Below are positions 35,701-46,623 of a stretch of DNA of 50,105 nucleotides, piece by piece. A program made the translations under genes and the position numbers. Numbering within the stretch: position 1 is the first letter of the stretch; every line of letters starts with the position of its first letter. Source of the DNA: Chiloscyllium plagiosum (Eukaryota); contig NC_057718.1 of assembly GCF_004010195.1 (NCBI RefSeq), forward strand, positions 54,830,583 through 54,880,687. The letters run 5' to 3'. Below the pieces are notes generated by a model that worked only from the letters and a program-made list of their open reading frames with translations, did not search any database and had not been told where the DNA came from.

Positions 35701-38321
35701 ATGAGCTTCCAGATGAACTGTTATCCACCTCTAAGTCCAAATCCAGAATCAAATAGCACTGAGAGTTTTGGGTCTTTCTTTTCAATATAATGCAATTTGC
35801 ATGGCTGCAGTTTAAAACAAACACTAATCTAAACTGGCTCCAACAGAGCCAGTTGACTCTCATTTTTTCCTTCCACTTTCTGTGAAGGAACAGCTTGGCC
35901 TGGAATCTCAACAGAGGGCCGGATCTAACATGCAGTATATCCTGTCACAGATCACCTCCAAAGTTTGTGTTCCATTGTGTGGAATTCGAACACGAGCTTT
36001 TTTTTCATTCAAATATCAAGAAGGGGTATCTGGATAGCTGCTCTTCTGTGATGTTCCTCAGCACAGTCGCTCTTGAAAAGCAGACTTGCTGTACAGTTTG
36101 CCCTGATTTTCTTAGCTGAACAGTTTATTGAACTTAAACTGGTCTTTCTTAGCACTGCATGGTTGGTAAATACCATTGGATATACTTCCACAAATACACA
36201 ATTCAACTACTTGTGCTCAGAATACATATTGCAGATGTATATGTTAAATCATTCAGTTTTACACTATTGCATTATATGTTGGAGTTGTAGAATGCTTCAG
36301 TGAAGAAAAAGCTATGAATGACTGGTGTGATATACTGGACATTTGAGGATCAGCTTTTGTGCAATGGATTTTTTTTGTCGAATTTCCAACCTCTACAATG
36401 CAATTTTTGAAACATTCTGAATGGAGAGCAGGCACCATCTCCACGAAGAGAATACTAGGGAAATCATAAGAAAATCACCTCCGTGTGTTTTTTTTCATTC
36501 TTGGTGTCTGTTTCAGAGAATACTAATGAAGGTCTGGAAGCAGATTATCATCCACATTTCTAGGTACCAGTGAAGATGGAGACAGGAAAAATAAGAAAAT
36601 TTTTAACATGTCACTCCAGAGGAAAAAGTAAAAGAAAAACTGATGTTTCACAAAGGTTAACTTAAATGGAAATATGTGTTTGGAATTTAAGTATGTAATG
36701 TTCAAAATTGGACAGGAAGTAAATTAAGAAATCACTGGCTAAAATAATTATTTTGGCATATTCATTGCTTTTTCATGCCATGTACAATCCCTGCTCAACA
36801 GAGCTGGAATTTCATGCAGAGCTATGAACAGTCTGTCTGCAGTGATGTTCTTGCTATACATTGCATCTTTTAAAAATGCCTTAACACAGCAGTGACAAGC
36901 ACAGGCCATACACTTCTCTCCAAGAAAAATGGTTCATTCATAGGTCATTGTTTGCTAAGGGAGCATTTATTAGGAAATGGGCAAACATTTTTTAAACAAA
37001 ATCTGGAAATCAGTCTGTTTAGGATTAGGGAGGCCCCTTACGGTTTATTATTTGTGATTTCTTACAGAATGTTCTAGTCTTGTTCTTATAACAGCAGAGA
37101 ATAGGTTGAATTTATGAACATCCCCATGACAGATGTGGATAAATGATTGCCAAGTGTACTGACTTGAACACGAGTATTGAAAGTTCAGGGTGGAGTTAGA
37201 AAAACTTCAGTACAGTCAATTTTATCTTTTGGCCCTTAATATAATTTGAGACACATGAAAAATCAGTTTACATCAACTCTAATAAATGAAGTAGCAAAGC
37301 ACTTTAAAGTAACAATGATACTTAGGAGAATTTTGTGACCAGAAAGTCCTCAAATATTTGGAGAGATTGGGCTTTTTACCATTAAGTCATTGAGAAATGG
37401 TTTCCTCTATTGTGGAAGAGGGAAATGAGCTCTGAATTGGAGGTAACATAATCCAGGGTGTGAGACTACAGGAAGAAGGAACCCAGAGTCCAAGCAGACT
37501 GGGTGAGGTACTTTAGAATATTGAGGAAAAAAATTCAGTCAAGTTACATTTGGAATGTTATCCGTTGTAAACACTTGGCAGTTGGGAGACTTGTATTCAA
37601 ATTATATTTTTACTTAACGCTCATACATTAATGCCTCTGGAAGAAAAGGTTCACCATTATTCTAAACCTTATTTAGGTGGGTCTTGAGTCACTTTCTGCA
37701 TATTCAGCCACATGATCAAGAAATATTTAAGTGACTCACATGAAACTGTGTTAAATATTATTGTACACATACCAGAACAACTTCCATGTAAATGTTGAAA
37801 AGAACTCCTTTGTACATTGGAATAAAATAGCAAACTGCAAAGTTTGAATTCAATATATGAAGTAGTATACATTCTATGTATAATCTTTGTAGTTTGCAAT
37901 CTGGCTTTTGCAGTGCCTTTCTAATGCCCTTTCTTAACCTCAGATATCTAAACATGCTTTCAGCACCAGGAAGAAGCCCCCCACAGTACTTGTAGAGGGA
38001 TCATTGATCATCTTCATGTCAGTTGTTGATTGATTTTTGCGAACTCTTGCTGAATTAGCAGAACTGCTTGGGTGTTTGTATTGCAACTTCAAGTTGTTAA
38101 AACCTATAGGGAGTGATGCTGCATCCAAAACTTCATTTTCATTACATGGATTTTGCTCAAACCACATGCTCCCAGTTAGCTGTAACTGTAGATCCATATC
38201 TTGATTTGCCTAAAACTTCAATGGGAGATTGAATTAAAGACAAAGATGGAGCTTGGAGAAAGGGGCTCAACTGCAGGCCATATTTATGTACATGTCTTCA
38301 GGGAACAATTCTCCTATTTCA

Positions 38322-38662
38322 TGCATGGTGGTTCAGTGGTTCGCACTACAGCCTCACAGTGCCAGGGACCCGGATTCAATTCCAGTCTCGGGTGACTGTC
38401 TGTGTGGAGTTTGCACATTTTCCTCATGTATGTGTGGGTTTCCTACGGGAGCTCCATTTTCCTCCCACAATCCAAAGATGTGTATTTTAGGAGAATTGGC
38501 CATGCTAAATTGCCCATAGTGTAGATTAGGTGCAATAGTCAGGGGTAAATGTAGAGTAATAGGGTAGGAGAATGAGTTTGGGTGGGTTACTCTTTGGAGG
38601 GTTGGTGTTGGCTTGTTAGGCCAAAAGGCCTGTTTCCACACTGAAGGAATTCTCTGATTCTA
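38322..38662 (+). mobile_element. HE1-type SINE (older, diverged)
   Basis: GGTGGTTCAGTGG, TGTGTGGAGTTTGCACATTTTCC, GGCCAAAAGGCCTGTTTCCACACTG. Confidence 0.88.
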
Positions 38663-40399
38663 TTGATCCACCACAGAACAGTTAATTATTATCTGCCATA
38701 TATTGCTGTGGTAAAAGGTGGATAGCATGTTATAATTTTGGATTTCAACTTTATAAGAGACAAATGGATTTTGGGTCAGTTCTGGGAAGATAATTATTTT
38801 AAAGTTCATGAAATTATTTGAAACAGTGACTTAAATACATAATTTCTAAGAAATTATGTGACTTCAGATAAGAGCCTGGCAGGGTGCCTATAGTGGTAAT
38901 AGATGGAATGTTTATATTGCTGAGTTTACAAATAGAATAGATGCCATTAATTTAGCTTTTGACTTCACTTCAGAAGATCAAACAGCTTTCCCCTAGCAGG
39001 AGAAACAACTTGTAAGAACTGAATCCGTTTAAGCAATCAGAACTGAGAGAGCTTCATGCCAGCAGACTTGGAAAGAATTCATAAAACACTCTCAGCAGTC
39101 AAGGGAAAAGAAATTGTGAAAAGGCAGTTAAAGATTTGAGATAGGACTGATATTTCCCTGGGATTGAGTGTCTGAAAGGATAATGTTAGGAATCAAGTGT
39201 TGAAATTTATTTTGCTGCTTGACTTTTAGAACAACTAGCTTTATTTGATTTTGTTTTCTTTTGGGCAGGAAACTTAGGTTCTGTTTGAAAGAACATCTGC
39301 AGCAGCATTCCCTCTAATTTTTTTTCTTCTTCGTGGATCTCCAATGTCTGTGCACAGCAATGACTGCTGGAAGTGGAAGTCAGTGCTGCAATCCACATTG
39401 CCATGCGCAGTGTACAAACATGACCTGCAGCCTCATGTGAACATGTTTCAGTAATTCACCGCCATGGTAAATAACAGCAAAAATTCACAAAATGATAATT
39501 CGCAACAGGTTTCATGCTGGAATCTGACTTGTCCAGAAATACCATCAGTGAAATAAGGACTACGTACTAATCATGTAGCTCATGATTTTATGCATCCCAC
39601 ACAAGTGTGGGCTAAACAAGATCCATATTGGTACACAAAATGTCACCTAGTAGATCATTCAGTTGTGTAAGCAACACAACTTCTTGGCACATTCTAAAGG
39701 AGCCCTGCATACTCCTGAGAGTGTCTCTCTCAATTTGTTGTGGATTGTTGCATCCCACATACTCTCAACGCCATGAGGCTAGTTGTCAGCAGATATATGA
39801 TTATCTCATTTGATTGTGGTACTAGTGAACCCAACCCCTAGTTCTTCATTCAACAACAATATCTGACCTCGTCTTATACACCTGATCTCCTGTCCACAAT
39901 TCTGGAGCAATATAAACAAGCATTCAAACCAAGTTTATCAAGCATACCCTCCAGTATTCCATCCAAAGTCAATTACTTCTGCTTTCCCTTACTGTCTGTC
40001 TTCCTTGTGCCTTTGCCAATTCTAATGCTCCTGCTCAATGATCCCCAGTGACTGCAGCGTAATTGAAATACTAAAGAGACTCTAGATAGAATCATAGAAT
40101 CCCTACAGTGTGGAAACAGGCCCTTCGGCCCAATTTGCAGGATGACTTCAAACACCTCTCGGCTTAGAAGGCCTGCTTAGGGCTGAAAGAATATGGACCA
40201 GCTTGCTGACATGTAACAGACGGAGCACTTCAGAGCAGTAGGATAAGGTTGGTTAATAGTGTCACATAGTCATTCTGAGAGAGGACAGCAATATAATGTT
40301 CCAGAAGCTCAGGCACTGAAGGATACTACTGGAGCTGATCTTTAAGCACATTTGTAAGCTTCTATTTATAGAGCTCCATGTTACAAACATGCATCACAT

Positions 40400-41560
40400 T
40401 TCCTCCCCTCCTATCTCTTAACCACCCCCTCCCTCATTTCCGCAGATGACCACTGGTTCCTTGCTGGGAAAGATTCCAAGCTCTGTTCAACCTGTGCAAG
40501 GTTGCTGTTGGGTTCCATCACACTCTTCAATTGTGACCACAGGCTTTCCACTAGGCCTGCCTTTGCTTTGAGCATTTGTGTGTGCACTGCACTGTCAGTG
40601 TCTGAGCTGGTGGCTACCAGTGAAAGACTGAACGGTGATGTTGCATTATCGTTAGTCATTTCTTCCTTTTCCATTCTGCTCTTGTGTCACTGCATGGCTA
40701 GTTTTCAGTTCCTGGGAATTTGGAAGGAGAAAGACACAAGATTAGGGTTGTATTGAGGGGAATGAGAGAAAGTGGAATTCATTCATAAATCGTCTGCAAC
40801 ATGTAAAACAGAAGAGAGTTTGAGATGAGGGGAAGCTGGAATGTGAGAAAGAGGAGAAGTGTCAGGACAGAGTCATGTACAATTGTTTCACTTTATCTAC
40901 TAGCACTGCCCTCAATTATAATTGATTTGATTATGGTAAGCACTGTCAGCACCATCAGTGTGATGATGTTCCATGTCTGTTCTCTGAGTTCAACACCACC
41001 AGAGTTTGTGCATCACCTTGTCCTGCATGAGAAAGGGAAGTGAGTCTGAGAGTTTGCTGAAATGTGCTGAGTGATGTTCCTTGACTTGGATAAATAGCTG
41101 GTACGGTTTCAAAGCCGTAATTAGAAAGAATATGAGGGTGCTAGATGAGGAAAATTACTGACGATGGGGCTTGCTGCAACTTGTGCTTGAGTAGGTGGAG
41201 AACTGAATATTGTGAGTGGTTAATGGATTAATTGTAAGGACATGGCCTTTTTGAAGATTTAATGCACTGACCTCAAGCAGTCATGAGTTTATGAAAATTT
41301 ATGTGATATGACATCCAGGTTTTCAGGCAAATCTTGTGGCATTGGTTGTAATGGGTAATGTTCCCCTTGCCTTTGCAATGCCCATCTGTTGGGCCTCCTG
41401 GTTTTCCATGGGTAGAGGAGCACTTCTGTTGTTCATCTCCTGCACCAAGACTCTCGTGGTGCAATTGAAAACCTCGGAGCTTGTACTTTCTGCCATGTTC
41501 TTGCTAAGCAAGGGTGTGAACATTATCAGGGATAGGCAGGAGTTCATATTTTAGGTTACA
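40400..41560 (-). mobile_element. Probable Harbinger-type Myb/SANT-like gene remnant
   Basis: Minus strand gives frameshifted APRFS / RVLVQEMNNRSAPL and KTWMSYHINFHKLMTA, resembling the APRFS..LV.EV..R and W.Q.RKKF.DL motifs of Myb/SANT-like transposon proteins. Residual splice sites at 41271 and 41023. Confidence 0.4.
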
Positions 41561-42274
41561 GCCAGATCAATCATGACCAATAAAACAATAAGACATAAGA
41601 GCAGCAATTAGGCCATTCAGCCCGTCGAGTCTGCTCCGCCATTCAATCATGGCTGATAAATTTCTCAACCCCATTCTCCCCGTAAGCCTTGACCCCCTTG
41701 ATAGTCAAAAACCTATCTATCTCAGTCTTAAATATACTCAATGACCTGGCCTCCACATATTTCTTTTGCAATGAATTCCATAGATTCACCACTCTCTGGC
41801 TGAAGACATTTCTCCTCCTCTCCATTCTAAGAGGTCTTCCTTTTACTCTAAGGCAATGCCCTCAGGTCCTAATCTCTCCTACCAATGGAAACATCTACTC
41901 TGTCCAGGCCATTCTGTATTGTGTATGTTTCAATTAGATTCCCCTCTCAACCTTCGAAACTCCATCGAGTATAGACCCAGAGTCCTGAAGCGTTCCTCAT
42001 ATGTTAAGCTTTTCATTCCTGGGACCATTCTCGGAAAATGAATCTCCTCTGAACATGCTCCAGGACCAGTACATCCTTCCTGAGATATGGGGCCCAAAAC
42101 TGCACCCAATACTCCAGATATGGTCTAACCAGAGCCTTATAGAGCCTCCTCTTGAAATAAATGCCTTCCGAAACTACTGACTCACTCTGCAAGTCTACCT
42201 TTAGAGAATCCTGGACTAGAACTTCCAAGTCTCTTTGCACTTCAGACTTCAGAATTTTCTCCCCATGTAGAAAC

Positions 42275-42592
42275 TATGGGCGGCACGGTGGCACAGTGGT
42301 TAGCACTGCTGCCTCACAGCGCCAGAGACCCGGGTTCAATTCCCGCCTCAGGTGACTGTGTGGAGTTTGCACATTCTCCCCGTGTCTGCGTGGGTTTCCT
42401 CTGGGTGCTCCGGTTTCCTCCCACAGTCCAAAAAAATGTGCAGGTTAGGTGAATTGGCCATGCTAAATTGCCCGTAGTGTTAGGTGAAGGGCTAAATGTA
42501 GGGGAATGGGTCTGGGTGAGTGCGCTTCGGCGGGTCGGTGTGGACTTGTTGGGCCGAAGGGCCTGTTTCCACACTGTAAGTAATCTAATCTA
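42275..42592 (+). mobile_element. HE1-type SINE, full length and young, nested in CR1
   Basis: TATGGGCGGCACGGTGGCACAGTGG...GGTTCAATTCCC...CACACTGTAAGTAATCTAATCT, highly similar to 12325-12638. Confidence 0.93.
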
Positions 42593-42689
42593 AAAAAAAT
42601 CCATGCCTCTGTCCTTCCTACCAAGGTGCATGACCTCACACTTTCCCATGTTGTACACCATCTGTCACTTCTTTACCCACTCTCTAACC

Positions 42690-42961
42690 TGTCCAAATCC
42701 TTCTGCAGCATCCCCACCTCCTCAATGCTACCTGTTCCTCTATCTATCTTTGTATCATCTGCAAACTTAGCCAGAATGCCCTCTGTTCCTTCATCATTAA
42801 TGTATGAAATGAAAGGTTGTGGTCCTGTCCAAATCCTTCTGCAGCCTCCCCACCTCCTCAATGCTACCTGTTCCTCTATCTATCTTTGTATCATCTGCAA
42901 ACCTAGCCAGAATGCCCTCTGTCCCTTCATCATTAATGTATGAAATGAAAGGTTGTGGTCC
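42690..42961. repeat. 136-bp direct tandem duplication within CR1 RT
   Basis: Units 42690-42825 and 42826-42961 (TGTCCAAATCCTTCTGCAGC...GAAAGGTTGTGGTCC) differ at three positions by eye. Confidence 0.92.
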
Positions 42962-43833
42962 CAACACTGAACCTCGCGGAACACCTCTTGTCAGTGGCTG
43001 CCATCCTGAGAAAGACCTTTTATCCCCACTCTGTCTGCTGCCAGATATCCAATCTTCTATTCACGCTAGCACCTTTCCTCCAACACCATGGGGTACCTTC
43101 TACTCAGGGGGTAGCCTCCTGTGCAGCACCTTGTCAAAGGCCTCATGAAGTCCAGGTAGATGACATCCATTTGCTCTCCTTGGTCTAGCCTGCTCGTTAC
43201 TTCCTCAAAGAATTCCACCAGATTTGTCAGGCATGACTTCCCCTTGATGAAACCATGCTGACTTTGCCCAATTTTACCATAAACCTCCAAATATTCAGAA
43301 ATCTCATCCTTCACAGTGGATTGCAGGATCTTGCCCAAACCTGGGGTTAGGCTAATCATTCAGTAATTTTCTGTCTTTTGCCTTACTCCTTTTTTTAAAT
43401 GGGGGTGTCACTTCAGCCATTTTCCAGTCCTCTGGGACCCTCCCTGATTCTAGTGATTCCTAAAAGATCACTATTAACACCGTCACTATCTCTTCAGCTA
43501 TCACCTTGAGAACTCCAGGGTCTGGTCCACCTGGTCCAGGTGATGGCCACCATACTCATCTCTGCCCCCTCACCCACTTGAATGTTTGAGATATTACTTG
43601 AGTCGTCTACTGTGAAGAGACTGATGCAAGGTAATTGTTCAGTTCATCAGTCATTTTCTTGTTCCCCACTACTATCTCTCCAGGGTTATTTTCCAGTGGC
43701 CCAATGTCCACTTTTGCCTCTCTTTTGCCCTTTCCAAATCTAAAGAAAATAATTTTACTGGCTAGCTTACCTTCATATTTAATCTCCTCCCTCCATTTTT
43801 TTTGAATGGTGGAGGACGCTTGAAAAGCTGAGT

Positions 43834-44058
43834 TGAGAGTGTGATGCTGGAAAAGCACAGCAGGTCAGGCAGCACCTGAGGAGCAGAAAAATCGATGTTT
43901 TGAGCAGAAGCCCTTCATCAGGAACTGATTCCTAATAAAGGGCTTTTGCCCGAAACCTCAATTCTCTGCTCCTCGGATGCTGCCTGACCTGCTGTGCTTT
44001 TCCAGCACCACACTTTTGACTCTAATCTCCAGCATCTGCAGTCCTCGCTTTCGCCTAG
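43834..44058. mobile_element. Penelope-derived hairpin element with back-to-back decayed hammerheads and 14-bp TSD
   Basis: TGCTGGAAAAGCACAGCAGGTCAGGCAGCA pairs with TGCTGCCTGACCTGCTGTGCTTTTCCAGCA. Centre AAGCCCTTCATCAGGAA-CTGA-TTCCTAATAAAGGGCTT. TSD TTGAAAAGCTGAGT (43820-43833) / TTGAAAGGCTGAGT (44059-44072). Confidence 0.82.
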
Positions 44059-45417
44059 TTGAAAGGCTGAGTGACCTACTTGTACTCCTAATGAATATAT
44101 TGCATCATTCTCCTTGTGTGTTTCAAGGGTCAAACTCATTCTCAGACTGACTTCTATTACTACCCACCAATCAAAATGCACCTCTTACATTAAAATGTAA
44201 AAACAGGCATTAATTAGTGCAGGCTTGTTTGAAGTCATGTCAGCTTCTTAAAGTTGTGCACTCCCTGTGCCAGAATACAACCACTCAGCAGTACATACAA
44301 GCCATTGAAATGAGCAGGCAGCACCAAATCTATGTATTGCCTGCATCGGAAGCTACAAGTGGAAGTCAATTGCAAACCATGATCCCTGTCCTCGTTTTGC
44401 ACCATGATTCTTTGCTGTAAGTTCCTGGGTTCTCTTCACATAACTTGCAGCCCTTTCCTTGCGAGATCTTAAATCTTGTATAAGCTATTTGGATGCTGCT
44501 TTTGCATGGTTTACATTTCAGGCATATACAGTCCTCTGTCCAAAATCAATTTGCACCAAATTAGATCCTGCTGTTATCCTTTTTCTGGTTAGAGTTTATC
44601 TGTTTTACAGCTATTCATGATGTTCCTTCAGTATTATATGACATTCCAGACTTGTCTACAATTCTTTACATAGAGATGGCTTGAAAGTGCAGAGTTTACT
44701 CAGTTTCTTCTGTAGTATTTGGCTGTGGTGTCTCGTATATTGGGTGCCCCTGAATTAACTGGCAGTATCATAAGGTATTGGGCAGATACTGTATTTTGCT
44801 TTCTAGTTAATGAACAAGGTCCATTGCTTCTTTCTTCTTAAGTCTGCTGGTATCTAGCACCTGAATTGGTGTGCGTAACCTTTAATACCGAATGCCACTC
44901 AGATAATTTTCTTCTGGTACTGTACTGCAATTCACTTAAAGCATGTAACACTGAAATAACCCAATTGTAAAATGCAAAATGCATTTTTAATCGCATGCTG
45001 TCTTTCAAATATTTACCTCTAGTTTCATAATAATCAGTGTTCAAGATATTTGTTGTGATCAAAATACAAGGTATAGCTCTGGACTCTTTCAGTTAAAGTT
45101 TTTTAAAATGTTAGAAAATGACTTTTAAGAGTTTTGCGTCAATTCTAATTTCTTGGATAATAAGAATTATTGTCGATGTGACTTGGCAATTCTTAATCTG
45201 AAAGCAGTACTAACAGGAAGGAAGTTAAGAGCATGAATTGAGCAGTTGGCACACAGTATAGGATTGTAGACACAAAGAAGAGCTGAAGGCGATCAGCGCA
45301 TAATTGCAGACACAAATAAGTTGCTGCAGCAGGGCACAGTTATCAATTTCCTGGTATGTTTAGAAAAAAGCTGAACTGACTTCAACTCAGTTTCTATTCA
45401 AGAACCAAAGGATCCCA

Positions 45418-45732
45418 ATAGTATAGAAAAAGGCCATCCAGCCCATCGTGTCTGCACGAATCCTCCGAAAAGCATCCCACACCAACCTGCAACTCTGCCT
45501 TTACTGTGCTGATCCGTCGAACCTGTCCATCCCTGAACACGACGGACAATTTAGAATGGCCAATTCACCTAACCTACAGATCGTTGGACCGTGGGAGGAA
45601 ATTAGAGTGCTCCACAGAAACCCATACAGATCCAGGGAGAATGTGCAAACTCCATGAAGTTGCCCAATGCTAAAATTGAACCCAGGTCCCTGGCACTGTG
45701 AGGCAGCAGTGCTAACCACTGAGCCACCATGC
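45418..45732 (-). mobile_element. HE1-type SINE (diverged)
   Basis: GGGAGAATGTGCAAACTCCA...GAGGCAGCAGTGCTAACCACTGAGCCACCATGC is the reverse complement of the SINE head and core. Confidence 0.88.
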
Positions 45733-46623
45733 TGTAGATGTTTTCAAATCAACCTGTTCACAGATGTTATTGCACACTTCAGGAGCAGGTGGGATTTGAA
45801 TATGGCTTAAAGGAAGGGATGGTACCAGTGTGCTACACGAGTCTTTATGCATTGTAACTTGCAGTTTTACTGACTACTTTTGTGATATACTAGGTTGAGA
45901 GTCGAATTATTTTTAATAAACTTGATCAGAGGTGTTAAGTCAGACCTCTGGAGTAGGTGGAATGTGAGTCCAGGACTCCTAGCTCTGAGGGCATTATCAT
46001 TGTGCCACAAGAACCCTATTGGTGTTGCTGTACTTATGCATCTCAAATGAATACAGCTATCATTGAACGCAACTTTGGAGTTGAATCAGTTAGGTAGGAA
46101 ATTGAGAGATCCCATGTACCAGAGATTGAGTTAAAGATTTTGACATTACATGTGGTGTCTCACTTAAGGAGGTTTGATGGGGATTGGGATGGGGCTGTTT
46201 GCCATTACATAAAGACATGTCTTCATAAATTCAGCTAGTTAAAGTGAAATTTATATATTATTTGATGTAATTTCCATGTTAATTCATTTTAATTTATTCT
46301 AGGAGGAAGGCACACCTTGTAAATTAAAGTCATCTGATTGATCATTGGTGAGGGTCAAGGGGATGTGACTGTGTTAGGCAGGTAGTGGACCTAGGAGATG
46401 GATGTGCATCACCTTTGCAGTTGTCCAACAGATTTAGGGTACTTTTAACTTGTTTGAGTGAAAATGAGGGCTGCAGAGCAGATGAGCCAACTGACCAGGC
46501 ACCGGGTGTCGGAAACTAGTCAAGTGGAGGGTGTGAAAAGAAATGTAGTGATAGTAGGGAATAGTATAGTGAGGCGGATTGACACTGTTCTCTCCAGCAA
46601 AGAACAAGTTTCCAAAAGGCTGT

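Larger units (their letters stand above)
41585..43800 (-). mobile_element. CR1 LINE 3' part, same family as 17340-18725 in opposite orientation
   Basis: [66 protein letters not shown]. Wording is near-identical to the plus-strand copy. Confidence 0.92.

Noticed and set aside
46285..46340. Candidate acceptor TTTATTCTAG for the last ACYP2 exon
   Set aside because: The phase-2 translation (RKAHLVN*) does not resemble the acylphosphatase C-terminus.
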